Below are positions 27,876 to 36,801 of a DNA stretch of 62,999 bases, piece after piece. This stretch comes from Myxococcota bacterium. GTDB taxonomy: Bacteria > Myxococcota_A > UBA796 > UBA2385. How positions within the stretch are numbered: position 1 is the first letter of the stretch; the number at the start of each line of letters is the position of its first letter. The DNA lies in the NCBI GenBank assembly GCA_964226865.1, contig CAXQUZ010000359.1:1-62999 (forward strand), given 5' to 3'. A model generated the notes under the pieces. It searched no databases and was not told the origin of the DNA. It saw only the letters and a program-made list of their open reading frames with translations. Both the position numbers and the translations under genes were made by a program.

Positions 27876-29903
27876 TCAGGCCGTGAGCGCCGCCGCCTCG
27901 GCCGCCTCGGCTGCCGGGATGCGGATCTCGACCGTCGTGCCCGCGCCGGCGGTGGAGGCGATGTGGACCTCGCCGCCGAGGGCCCGGGCGGCCTGGCGCA
28001 CGGCGGCCATGCCCACCCCGCGGCCGCTGACGCTGCTCACCTCGTCGCGGGAGGAGAGGCCGTCCATGAAGAGCAGCTCTTCGGGGTGCTCGATGTCGAT
28101 GCCCTTGGTGCGGGCCTTCTCGACCAGGGCCTCCCAGGCGATGCCCCGGCCGTCGTCCTCGATGCGCAGCCGCACGGACTCGTCGTCCTGGTCGGCGTGG
28201 AAGCGGAGGCGGGCGGTGGCGGGCTTGCCGTGCTGGCGGCGCTCCTCGGCGGTCTCGACGCCGTGGTCGAGGGCGTTGCGGACGGCGTGGACCAGCGAGC
28301 CGTAGAGGGCACGCCAGGCGTCGCTGGGGGGCGTGCGCAGCCCGGGGGCGGCCACCTCGACCTCGACGTGGTCCTTGCCCAGCCGATCGGCGAGGGCCCG
28401 GCTCTGGTCGGCGAGGCGCCCGAGGCGCTGGTCGGCCTTGTCCCAGGACCAGCGGTCGAGGGTCTCGAGCACGGCGGCCACCTCGGCGCCGGCGCCCAGC
28501 AGCTCGCGCACGGTCTCGACGTCGTCTTCGTGCACGACGAGGGCCTCGTCGTCCTGCTCGCCGGCCAGGGGGGCGAGCCAGCTGGCCGTCTCGTCCCAGA
28601 GCTGGAGCACCGCCTCCCGCTCGCTGGCCGTGAGGCCCGTGCCGTCCTCGGCCAGGCGGTCTTCGATGCTGTGGAGGGCCTCGGCCAGCCGCTCGAGCCC
28701 CATCAGCGCGCCGGAGCCCTTGAGGGTGTGGATCCAGCGCTTCTCGTCGGCGGGGCTGCCCGCGGCGCCGGCGATGGCCTCGACGAGCTGGCGGGCCTCG
28801 GCGAGGAAGTCGCCCAGGGCCGTGGGGTCGCGGCGGGTCAGGGAGAAGACGGCGAGCATCTCGCGGCCGGCCCGCTCGGCCTCGGCGGCGGCGAGGGTGG
28901 CCGTGATGTCGCTGATGACGAGGAGCACCCGCTCCAGCGCGCCGCTGTCGTCGCGGATGGTGCGGTAGTCGAGGGCGAGCTGGCGGTCGCCGGCCCGCAG
29001 CCGCTTGGGCAGCTGGTCGATGGCGAGGTCCTCGGGCATCCAGTCCGAGTCGAGCTCGTCCCAGCCGATCTCGAGCCAGCTCGCTGCGGTCGCGTCGTGG
29101 GCGGCCAGCCAGTCCCAGAGCCGCTGGCCGGTCGTGGGGGGCGAGAGCAGGTCGGCGGTGGCGCCGCTGCGCGCGCCGCAGAGCTTGCCCTTGGGGTCGA
29201 CCATGATGAGCCCCTGGTCGACGTTGTCGAGCACGAGGCGGGCATCTTCGTGGGCCCGCTGGGCGGTCTGCTGGGCCGTCTCGGCCGCCGCCCGGGACTG
29301 GTCGACGAGGCTCATGGCCCGCACCCGGCTGGCATCGTAGAGCAGCGCCACGGCCCCGTAGGCGCCGATGGCCCCGGCCGTGATGGCGAGGTTGAGGACG
29401 TTCTCGGCATAGGCCGGGGTCTCGCTGGGCGGGCCGAGGCCGGTCCAGCCGAGCACGCTCAGCCCGATGACGGCGGTGGCCGAGACGGCACCCCAGGTGG
29501 CCATGATGCGTCGGTCGCCCATCATCAGGGCGATCATCGGCGCCAGGGGCATCCAGCTGACGGCCATGGACTGGTGGAAGCCCGTGCCGAACATGATGGC
29601 GGCGAGGGTCAGCGCGAGGGTGGCCGAGAGGGCGTGGGCCGCCGGGACGACCGCGCCGTCGCGCTTGAAGCGGCGCATCGACAGCACCAGCACGACGACG
29701 GCCACCCCGACCCCAGCGGCGGTGCGGTGCATGCCGAGGGCGGCGTAGAGGGCGCCGTAGGCGACGGCGGCCACCAACAAGACGAGGCCGACAACCGTTA
29801 CCAGCACGGCCTTTCGTTCAATCTCGGGGTCGGTGGTCTCGTGGATGTGGCGCGGTGTACACAGGCGGGTCCATCTGCGGACGAACTGCTGCAGTGTGGT
29901 CAT
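27876..29903 (-). CDS. Membrane-bound CheA-like kinase (multi-TM sensor, PAS-like, Hpt, CheA-type HATPase; no P5)
   Basis: ATG at 29903. About six N-terminal hydrophobic helices are present. The Hpt motif is HTLKGSGALMGL. The ATPase boxes are N-box HAVRNALDHGVE, DDGRGI and GRGVGM. Confidence 0.85.
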   Translation of the reverse strand: MTTLQQFVRRWTRLCTPRHIHETTDPEIERKAVLVTVVGLVLLVAAVAYGALYAALGMHRTAAGVGVAVVVLVLSMRRFKRDGAVVPAAHALSATLALTLAAIMFGTGFHQSMAVSWMPLAPMIALMMGDRRIMATWGAVSATAVIGLSVLGWTGLGPPSETPAYAENVLNLAITAGAIGAYGAVALLYDASRVRAMSLVDQSRAAAETAQQTAQRAHEDARLVLDNVDQGLIMVDPKGKLCGARSGATADLLSPPTTGQRLWDWLAAHDATAASWLEIGWDELDSDWMPEDLAIDQLPKRLRAGDRQLALDYRTIRDDSGALERVLLVISDITATLAAAEAERAGREMLAVFSLTRRDPTALGDFLAEARQLVEAIAGAAGSPADEKRWIHTLKGSGALMGLERLAEALHSIEDRLAEDGTGLTASEREAVLQLWDETASWLAPLAGEQDDEALVVHEDDVETVRELLGAGAEVAAVLETLDRWSWDKADQRLGRLADQSRALADRLGKDHVEVEVAAPGLRTPPSDAWRALYGSLVHAVRNALDHGVETAEERRQHGKPATARLRFHADQDDESVRLRIEDDGRGIAWEALVEKARTKGIDIEHPEELLFMDGLSSRDEVSSVSGRGVGMAAVRQAARALGGEVHIASTAGAGTTVEIRIPAAEAAEAAALTA

Positions 29904-29969
29904 GGTCTGCTCCCTTCCAGGACTGCGGGAACGGATCGGTGGCCGCTTCGGGGCAGCGCACGGGCCCAG

Positions 29970-29993
29970 AAATCCTGCGCTGGCGCAGGATTT
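29970..29993. promoter_or_regulatory. Perfect 11-bp inverted repeat, candidate operator
   Basis: AAATCCTGCGC-TG-GCGCAGGATTT lies in the 278-bp divergent intergenic region between the kinase start (29903) and the acyl-CoA synthetase start (30182). Confidence 0.45.
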
Positions 29994-30181
29994 ACCGGCG
30001 CGGGCGTCGCTGGCACGGGGGCGGGGCCGCGCCCGCGGGACGGGCGCCGGGTGTCGGAGATCAGCGTGCGTGCGGGTCTCCCTGCGAGACCGGGCGGGCC
30101 CTGGTGCGCAGGGGGCCGCGGGTGCGATGGTGGGATCCCGGCTGCGCCCGCGTCCGGATCGCCCCCCTGCCCGGAGCCCCG

Positions 30182-32095
30182 ATGTCGACCTCCCCCCTCC
30201 TGAGTGACGACCACCGCCGCTGGCAGGCCGACCCGCTGGGCTTCTGGGCCGAGCAGGCCCGGGCCATCGACTGGATCGTGCCGCCGGCGACCGTGCTCGA
30301 GGACGAGGGCGAGACCTGGCGCTGGTTCCCCGACGGCCAGCTCAACACCTGCGCGCTGGCCCTCGACCACCACGTCGATCAGGGCCGGGGCGACCAGCTC
30401 GCCCTCATCCACGACTCGCCTGTGACCGGCAGCCAGGCCCGCTGGACCTACCGCGAGCTGCGGGACGAGGTGGCCCGCCTCGCCGGTGCCATCCGCAGCC
30501 TGGGTGTCGAGAAGGGCGACCGGGTCGTCATCTACATGCCCATGATCCCCGAGGCCGTGATGGCCATGCTGGCCTGTGCCCGCCTCGGCGCGGTCCACAG
30601 CGTCGTCTTCGGGGGCTTCGCGCCCAAGGAGCTGGCCGTGCGCATCGACGATGCCCGGCCCACGCTGCTGCTGACGGCGAGCTGTGGCATCGAGGTCGAC
30701 CGGGTCATCGCCTACATGCCGCTGGTGCGCGAGGCCCTGGCGCTCTCCGCCCACCCGCCGGCCCACGTGCTGGTGCGCGAGCGCAGCGCCATGCCCGTGC
30801 GCCTCTCGGCCCCCGCCGAGCTCGACTGGGACACCCTCGTCGCCCGGGCCGCGCCCGTCGACCCGGTGCCGGTCGGCGCCAACGACCCGCTCTACGTGCT
30901 CTACACCTCGGGCACCACCGGGCGGCCCAAGGGGGGGGTGCGCGAGAACGGCGGCCACGCGGTCGCCCTGCGCTACAGCATGGGGGCGGTCTACGGCGCC
31001 CGTCCCGGCGATGTCTACTGGGCGGCCAGCGACGTGGGCTGGGTCGTGGGCCACAGCTACATCGTCTACGGGCCCCTGCTCCACGGCTGCACGACGCTGG
31101 TCTACGAGGGCAAGCCCGTGCGCACCCCCGACGCCAGCGCCTTCTGGCGGGTCATCGCCGAGCACCGGGTCAACGTCTTCTTCACGGCCCCGACGGCCTT
31201 CCGGGCCATCAAGAAGGAAGACCCCGAGGGCCGCGGGCTGGCGGGCCACGACCTGTCTTCGCTGCGCACCATCTTCCTCGCCGGCGAGCGCCTCGACCCG
31301 CCCACCCTGGCCTGGCTCGAGGCCCTCGTGGCGCGCCCGGTGCTCGACCACTGGTGGCAGACCGAGACCGGCTGGCCCATGGTCGCCTACGCCGCCGGCC
31401 TCGGGGCGCCGCCGGTGCGCGCGGGCAGCGCCGGGCTGCCGGTGCCCGGCTACGACGTGCGGGTGCTGCGCGAAGACGGCAGCCCCTGCGAGCCGGGTGA
31501 GCCGGGCGACATCGTCGTGCGCACCCCCTTGCCGCCGGGCAACCTCTGCACCCTCTGGGGCGACCACGCGCGCTTCGTCGACAGCTACCTGCGCCGCCAC
31601 CCGGGCCACTACCTGACCAGCGACGGCGGGGTCATCGACGCCGAGGGCTATGTCACGGTGCTCGGCCGCACCGACGACGTCATCAACGTGGCGGGCCACC
31701 GGCTCAGCACGGGCGAGATGGAGGCGGTGGTCGGCGCAGATCCCGCCGTGGCCGAGTGCGCCGTGGTGGGCATCGAGGACGGCCTCAAGGGCCAGGTGCC
31801 GCTGGGCTTCGTCGTGCTCAAGGACGGCGCCGCGGTCCACCCCCAGCGCCTCGAGGCCCGCCTGGTCCAGTCGGTGCGGGCCGAGATCGGCCCCATCGCC
31901 GCCCTCAAGACCGTGCTGGTGGTCGGGCGGCTGCCGAAGACCCGGTCGGGCAAGATCCTGCGCCGCACCCTGCGCCAGATGGTGGCCCGCGCCGACGTGG
32001 CCGTGCCCGCGACCATCGACGACCCGGTCATCCTGCGCGAGATCGAGGCCGCCCTCCGGGCCCGGGGCGTCGGGCGCTTCGGTGGGGCGGGCTGA
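30182..32095 (+). CDS. prpE: Propionate--CoA ligase-like acyl-CoA synthetase (AMP-forming)
   Basis: ATG at 30182. DGQLNTCALALDHHV and YTSGTTGRPKG are AMP-binding motifs, and SGKILRRTLR lies near the C-terminus. At 637 aa, the length fits PrpE/Acs-type enzymes. The substrate assignment is tentative. Confidence 0.8.
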   Translation: MSTSPLLSDDHRRWQADPLGFWAEQARAIDWIVPPATVLEDEGETWRWFPDGQLNTCALALDHHVDQGRGDQLALIHDSPVTGSQARWTYRELRDEVARLAGAIRSLGVEKGDRVVIYMPMIPEAVMAMLACARLGAVHSVVFGGFAPKELAVRIDDARPTLLLTASCGIEVDRVIAYMPLVREALALSAHPPAHVLVRERSAMPVRLSAPAELDWDTLVARAAPVDPVPVGANDPLYVLYTSGTTGRPKGGVRENGGHAVALRYSMGAVYGARPGDVYWAASDVGWVVGHSYIVYGPLLHGCTTLVYEGKPVRTPDASAFWRVIAEHRVNVFFTAPTAFRAIKKEDPEGRGLAGHDLSSLRTIFLAGERLDPPTLAWLEALVARPVLDHWWQTETGWPMVAYAAGLGAPPVRAGSAGLPVPGYDVRVLREDGSPCEPGEPGDIVVRTPLPPGNLCTLWGDHARFVDSYLRRHPGHYLTSDGGVIDAEGYVTVLGRTDDVINVAGHRLSTGEMEAVVGADPAVAECAVVGIEDGLKGQVPLGFVVLKDGAAVHPQRLEARLVQSVRAEIGPIAALKTVLVVGRLPKTRSGKILRRTLRQMVARADVAVPATIDDPVILREIEAALRARGVGRFGGAG

Positions 32096-32122
32096 GGCCG
32101 GGAGCCGGGGCGGGCGGGGGGC

Positions 32123-32845
32123 TCAGGTCTCGCGGCGCTCGTGCAGCTCGGCGGGCAGGCTGGTCCAGACCGTCGGCTGGTGGGGGCTGTCGTCGAAGAC
32201 GATGGTCGCGAAGGGGGTGGGCTCGCTCGGGGGGCGGGCCGGCGCCTTGGGCTCGTCGGCGTAGCGCCAGGCCACGATGTCGAAGCGCTCGCCGTTGTGG
32301 TGCCAGCGGAAGGCGTCGTGGGTCGAGGGCACCTTCGCCGTGTCGCCGTCCCTGAAGCGCACGGTGACCTCGCGGAAGGGGTTGCCCGGGAAGGGCTCGC
32401 CGCCGTGGGGGTGCCAGGCGGGGTCGCTCGCGGCGGTGGTGGGGGCCTCGGCCGCGAGGGCCGCCGGGGGCAGGGGCACGGGCGAGCGGGGCGGCGCCGG
32501 GGCGGTCGCTGGGGCGGTCGGGAGAGGGGACGGGGCGGTCGCGGGGGACGGGGCGGTCGCGGGGGACGGGGCCATCTCGAGGCGGGCCCGGAGGGCGTCG
32601 CGCTCGGCCCGCACCTGGGCGAGCTCGGCGGCGAGGGCGCGGCTCTCGGCCTGGGCCTGGTCGCGCGCGCGCTGGGCGCTGGCCTGCTCGGCGGCGCAGG
32701 CCTCGAGGGCCTCCTCGAAGACGGCGCAGACCGCCGCGACCTCGTCGGCCACCGCCTGGGTGAGGCGCAGGCGGGCCTCGGCCGCGGCCACGGCCTCGGT
32801 GGCCCGGCGGAGCACGCGCTGGGACAGGGGGTGGGAGCTGGGCAC
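32123..32845 (-). CDS. Hypothetical coiled-coil protein with Pro-rich repeat linker and conserved-looking C-terminal domain
   Basis: GTG at 32845 with GGAGG 5 nt upstream, trimmed from ORF 32123..33178. It has an Ala/Glu/Arg-rich heptad-like region and an (APSPAT)x2.5 linker. The C-terminal domain includes FRWHHNGERFDIVAWRY. Confidence 0.6.
   Translation of the reverse strand: MPSSHPLSQRVLRRATEAVAAAEARLRLTQAVADEVAAVCAVFEEALEACAAEQASAQRARDQAQAESRALAAELAQVRAERDALRARLEMAPSPATAPSPATAPSPLPTAPATAPAPPRSPVPLPPAALAAEAPTTAASDPAWHPHGGEPFPGNPFREVTVRFRDGDTAKVPSTHDAFRWHHNGERFDIVAWRYADEPKAPARPPSEPTPFATIVFDDSPHQPTVWTSLPAELHERRET
32526..32573. repeat. 18-bp tandem repeat ggggacggggcggtcgcg x2.7, in-frame in CDS 32123..32845
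   Basis: Perfect copies at 32526-32543 and 32544-32561, plus a partial third copy. The repeat encodes APSPAT on the minus strand. Confidence 0.9.
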
Positions 32846-33197
32846 GGGCGCCTCCAGGTCGCGGGTGCGGGGCGCACGGCGCCACCGCCTCTGTCGCGGA
32901 GACGGAGAGGGAGGGGCAGCGGTCGCGCGCCGGCGCGGGGGGGACGAGTCTAGGGGCTTGCGGGGCGCCGGGCCGCAGAAGCCGCCTGACAATTGCGGCG
33001 CCCGGCCCGCCTGGCCCGTGCCGACAACCGAGCTGCAAGCTCGGAAGTGGCCACTGTCAGACCGTCTTGGGGCGCGGACAGCCCCCGGGGCGCGCCCGCG
33101 GGGCCGACGGGGGACGCGGGGGCGCAGGGGCGGCCGCCGCGGGGCGCGGGGGGCGCGGGGGGCGCATCCCCCCTCCACTCTCGCCGGAGGCCCCCCC

Positions 33198-35009
33198 TCA
33201 GGGGCGCGGGGGGCCGCTCGCGAGGGCCTGGCGCAGCAGGGTGAAGAGCGCCTCGGGCAGGAAGGGCTTGGCGAGCACGGGGTAGGGGGCCAGCCACCCG
33301 GGGCGCTCGGCGTGGGCGGTCATGAACACGAAGGGCCGCCCCGGGAAGTCGGCCACCACGGCGGCGCCGCCCCCCCGGGGCATCGACAGGTCGCAGAGCA
33401 CGACGTCGACGGGCGTGTCTTGGTGGTCGCGGGCCTCGACGGGACCGGCGGCCGTGCGCACCGTCCAGCCGTCGTGGCTGAGGAGCCGTGCCGCGAGGCG
33501 GCGCACGGCGGGGTCGTCCTCGACGATGAGCACGGTGCGACCCGCGACGCTGGAGCGGGGGGCGGCCGGGGCCGCGGCCGCGGCGGTGGGCGCCGTGGCG
33601 GGCGGCAGCCGGAGCACCACCGTCGTCCCCCCGCCCGGGGTCTCGTCGAAGGCGAGGGTGCCGTCCATCTCTTCGACCACCCGCCGCACCATGGCCAGGC
33701 CCAGCCCCGTGCCCTTGCCCGGCCTCTTGGTGGTGAAGAAGGCCTCGCTCGCCCGGGCCCGCACCTCGGGGCTCATGCCTGCGCCGTGGTCGATGACCGC
33801 CAGCACGACCGTCTCGCCGTCCCGCCGGGTCTGGACGGTGACCCGGCCGGCGCCCGGTGTGGCGTCCCGGGCGTTGAGCACGAGGTTGAGCAGCACCTGG
33901 TCGAGCTGGCGGGGGTCGGCCCGCACGGTGGCGTCGGCGGAGGTGTCGACGGTGAGGGTGATGCGCTCGGGCAGGGCCGTCCGGAGCAGGCGCTGGCTGT
34001 GCTGGACCAGCCGGTCGATGGCCAGGGGCTCGCGGCGCTCGGGGGCCGGCCGGGCCTGGGCCAGCAGCCGCTGGGTGAGCTCGGCCGCGGCGCGGGTCGC
34101 CTGGAGGGCCTCGTCCAGCTCGGTGCTGGGGCGCTCGAGATCCGCCAGCATCACATTGCCCAAGATGACCGTCAGCAGGTTGTTGAAGTCGTGGGCCACC
34201 CCGCTCACGAGGCTGCCGAGGGTCGCGAGCGAGAGCTGGCGCTGCTGGGCCTCGGCGAGGCGGTGCTGGTCGGTCGAGTCGTGGACCACACACAGCGACC
34301 AGCGGGGGTTGTCGGGCACCTGGCGCAGGCTGAGGTGGAGCCAGCGCCGGGCCCCGTCGGGGCGCGCGATGCGCAGCTCGCAGCGGTGGACCCCCGGGGC
34401 GCTGGTGGCGACGAGGGCGTCGTAGCGGGCGCGATCTTCGGGGACGATGAGCCCGCGGAAGGTCTCGGGGTCGACGGGGCTGTCGGGGGCGAGGCCGGCG
34501 ATGCGCCGCAGCTCGGGGGTCCAGGTCACGGTGCCGGTGCCCGGGCGCCAGACCCAGCTGCCGACGTGGGCCATCTGCTGGGCCTGCTCGAGGGCGTAGG
34601 CGTGCTCTTCGAGGGCCGCCCGGGTCTCGTGGATGTGGGTGCGGTCCTGGATGGTCCCGACCATGCGCAGCATCTCGCCGCCGGGACCGCGCACGGCCAC
34701 GGCCTTCGAGACGACGTGGCGCACGGCCCCGTCGATGATCAGCCGGTAGTAGACCGGGGCCCCCACCTCCGAGCTGATGGTCGCCTGGAGCGCGGACTGG
34801 AAGTGGTCGAAGTCGTCGGGGTGGACGCAGGTGAAGAAGAGCTCTTGGGAGGGCGGGACGGCATGGGGCTCGAGGCCCAGCAGCCGGAAGCAGTTGTCGG
34901 ACCAGAGCACCTCGCCGGTCTGGAGGTCCCAGGAGTAGCTGCCCAGGCCGGCCACCCGCTCTGCCTCGTCGGCGAGGGCCCGGCGCACCGCCTGTTCGTC
35001 TCGGTCCAT
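33198..35009 (-). CDS. Hybrid sensor histidine kinase (2 PAS, HisKA, HATPase, receiver)
   Basis: ATG at 35009. Two PAS-like modules are present. The H-box is GVAHDFNNLLTVILG, the N-box is LNLVLNARDA, and the G-box is GTGLGLAMV. The C-terminal receiver is VLIVEDDPAVR...VVLCDLSMP...KPF. Confidence 0.9.
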   Translation of the reverse strand: MDRDEQAVRRALADEAERVAGLGSYSWDLQTGEVLWSDNCFRLLGLEPHAVPPSQELFFTCVHPDDFDHFQSALQATISSEVGAPVYYRLIIDGAVRHVVSKAVAVRGPGGEMLRMVGTIQDRTHIHETRAALEEHAYALEQAQQMAHVGSWVWRPGTGTVTWTPELRRIAGLAPDSPVDPETFRGLIVPEDRARYDALVATSAPGVHRCELRIARPDGARRWLHLSLRQVPDNPRWSLCVVHDSTDQHRLAEAQQRQLSLATLGSLVSGVAHDFNNLLTVILGNVMLADLERPSTELDEALQATRAAAELTQRLLAQARPAPERREPLAIDRLVQHSQRLLRTALPERITLTVDTSADATVRADPRQLDQVLLNLVLNARDATPGAGRVTVQTRRDGETVVLAVIDHGAGMSPEVRARASEAFFTTKRPGKGTGLGLAMVRRVVEEMDGTLAFDETPGGGTTVVLRLPPATAPTAAAAAPAAPRSSVAGRTVLIVEDDPAVRRLAARLLSHDGWTVRTAAGPVEARDHQDTPVDVVLCDLSMPRGGGAAVVADFPGRPFVFMTAHAERPGWLAPYPVLAKPFLPEALFTLLRQALASGPPRP

Positions 35010-35214
35010 GGTGTCGTCCCGGGGATGCGGCTCGGTTGTACCGGTCGCGCCCCGCGGGGGACAAGATCTGGGTGGGATGGGCAGGAGCCGGGCACCGAAA
35101 GCGAGGGAGCGGGCGGGATCTGTGCGGCCCGGTGGCCCCGCGGGGCCGGGTGCGAAGCCCCCCTCGATCGGGGCACCGGCCGGGGACGCGGGTGGGGGCA
35201 GGCCCGCAGGGGGC

Positions 35215-36801
35215 TCAGGGCGCGACCGCGACCTCCCCGTGGCAGGTGGTCACCGAGCAGTAGAAGGCGGTGCCGGTGATCGTGGCGGCCGCGGCCGTGG
35301 TGTCGCCGCGGCGGGCGAAGAGGGCGAGGTCGGGGGCCGCGCTGCATGCCGCGATCGGGCTGGTCGCGGCGACGGCGGCCCCGGCGGCCTGGCAGCCGGC
35401 GAAGGACAGGGCCCCCGACCCGGCGATGGCCGCGGTGGCGCCGCCCGTGTCGGCCCAGTTGTCGTCCCAGGCAGACACGAGCCCGGTCTCCTGGCCAAAG
35501 CAGCTCAGGTTGCCCTCGGTGTAGACGGCGCCGCCGGCGTCGGCCCGGTTGGCCGTGGCCCCGAGCCCCGTGACGAAGCTGTCGGTGCCGGGCCCCAGGT
35601 AGAGTCCGCCGCCGTAGCGGTTGCCCCAGTTGTCGTGGAGCGAGACCGCCCGGGCGTCGAGCCGGAAGCCGCTGCCGTAGAAGGCCAGGCCCCCGCCGGT
35701 GGCCGCGCGGTTGCTCTCGAAGTCCACCGAGACCATGCGCAGGCCCGAGAACTCGACCAGGGCGCCGCCGCCTGCGGTGTCGTCCCCGCCAGTGTTGTGG
35801 GCGAGGCGGCTGTCGGCCAGCTCGAGCGGGCCCACGCTGCCGGCGTAGAGACCGGCGCCCCCCACCGAGCCGGCGCTGGCGTGGTTGCCCGTGATGACCA
35901 GGGCCGAGAGCTCGGCGCTGGCGAGGCCCGAGAGGTGGAGGCCCCCCCCGGGCACGGTGGCGGTGGTGACGCCGCCGGTGAGCACGAGGCCCGAGAGCAC
36001 GGCCCGGCCGCCCGTGCCCGAGAGCTGGACGGTGGGGCCGGCGGTGGTGGAGGCGGCGCCGTTGAGCACGGGCCAGGTGTCGGCGGCGGCGAGCCGGTCG
36101 GTGTCTCCGGTGTCTCCGGTGTCTCCGGAGTCGGTGGAGTCGGCGGAGTCGGCGGAGTCGGCGGAGTCGGGAGGGACGCCGGTGTCGCCGGAGTCGAGGG
36201 GCACGGCACGGCCGATGATGTGGAGCGCGGCCACGTCGCCCTGGACGATGCGCACCCGGTAGGGGGCGGCGCCGCGGCAGATGTCGAGGCGGCCGGCGGC
36301 GGCGAGCTCGACCCGGACGGGGGCGTCGCGGCTGTCGGTCGGGAAGTCGGCGCTGCGGTCGACGGGCGCGCCGCCGTCCGGGGTCCAGGTCACGACGCCC
36401 AGCTCGTCGGCGGGCTGCCAGCCGGGGCGGCAGCCGTCGTTGCGTCCGTTGCAGCGCTCGGTCTGGCCGGGGAAGACGGCGGGATCGGTGTCGTCGCAGT
36501 CGCCGGTGGTGGCGACCCAGCCGACCTGGCAGGCCCCGGCGGCCACCCCGCCGACGCCGTCCCCGTCCGCGTCGGGGGCGAGGCCCTCGTCCCGCTCGCC
36601 GTCGCAGTCGTTGTCGAGGCCGTCGCAGCGCTCGGGGGCGCCGGGGTGGACCGTGGCCCGGCGGTCGTCGCAGTCGTCGAGAACGCTGAACCCATCGTTG
36701 TCGTCGTCGACTCTTGCCCGCTGGTCTTCGGCGGTGATGAAGACACAGCCCGGCAGCAGCGTGGCGCCCAGCAGGGCCGCCCTGGCGGGGCGGCTCAGCA
36801 C
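35215..36801 (-). CDS. Lipoprotein: two MopE-type Cys-rich repeats, acidic DSAD/DTGD repeats, Gly-rich beta-helix-like repeats, Cys-rich C-terminus
   Basis: The GTG at 36801 overlaps the upstream stop (GTGCTGA). The lipobox is ATLLPGC. CDDRRATVHPGAPERCDGLDNDCDG is a MopE-type repeat. Recurring GGG(L/A)x motifs (GGGLHLSG, GGAGLYAG, GGGALVEF, GGGLAFYG, GGGLYLGP, GGAVYTEG) suggest a parallel beta-helix. Confidence 0.8.
   Translation of the reverse strand: MLSRPARAALLGATLLPGCVFITAEDQRARVDDDNDGFSVLDDCDDRRATVHPGAPERCDGLDNDCDGERDEGLAPDADGDGVGGVAAGACQVGWVATTGDCDDTDPAVFPGQTERCNGRNDGCRPGWQPADELGVVTWTPDGGAPVDRSADFPTDSRDAPVRVELAAAGRLDICRGAAPYRVRIVQGDVAALHIIGRAVPLDSGDTGVPPDSADSADSADSTDSGDTGDTGDTDRLAAADTWPVLNGAASTTAGPTVQLSGTGGRAVLSGLVLTGGVTTATVPGGGLHLSGLASAELSALVITGNHASAGSVGGAGLYAGSVGPLELADSRLAHNTGGDDTAGGGALVEFSGLRMVSVDFESNRAATGGGLAFYGSGFRLDARAVSLHDNWGNRYGGGLYLGPGTDSFVTGLGATANRADAGGAVYTEGNLSCFGQETGLVSAWDDNWADTGGATAAIAGSGALSFAGCQAAGAAVAATSPIAACSAAPDLALFARRGDTTAAAATITGTAFYCSVTTCHGEVAVAP
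36101..36172. repeat. Two adjoining 9-bp tandem repeat blocks (gtgtctccg x3; gagtcggcg-like x5) encoding DSADSADSADSTDSGDTGDTGDT
   Basis: Read directly from the sequence. The blocks are in-frame within CDS 35215..36801. Confidence 0.9.

Noticed and set aside
33028-33044. Hairpin CCGAGCT-GCA-AGCTCGG downstream of the hybrid kinase, and palindrome GGCCCCGCGGGGCC at 35134-35147, as intrinsic terminators.
   Set aside because: The stems are short, are followed by no T-tract, and are common by chance in this composition. They are noted but not called.
33100-33180. G-rich reiterations (ggggcgcggggggcgcggggggcgc) as a functional G-quadruplex or repeat element.
   Set aside because: This is low-complexity sequence typical of GC-rich intergenic DNA, with no defined periodicity beyond two short copies.
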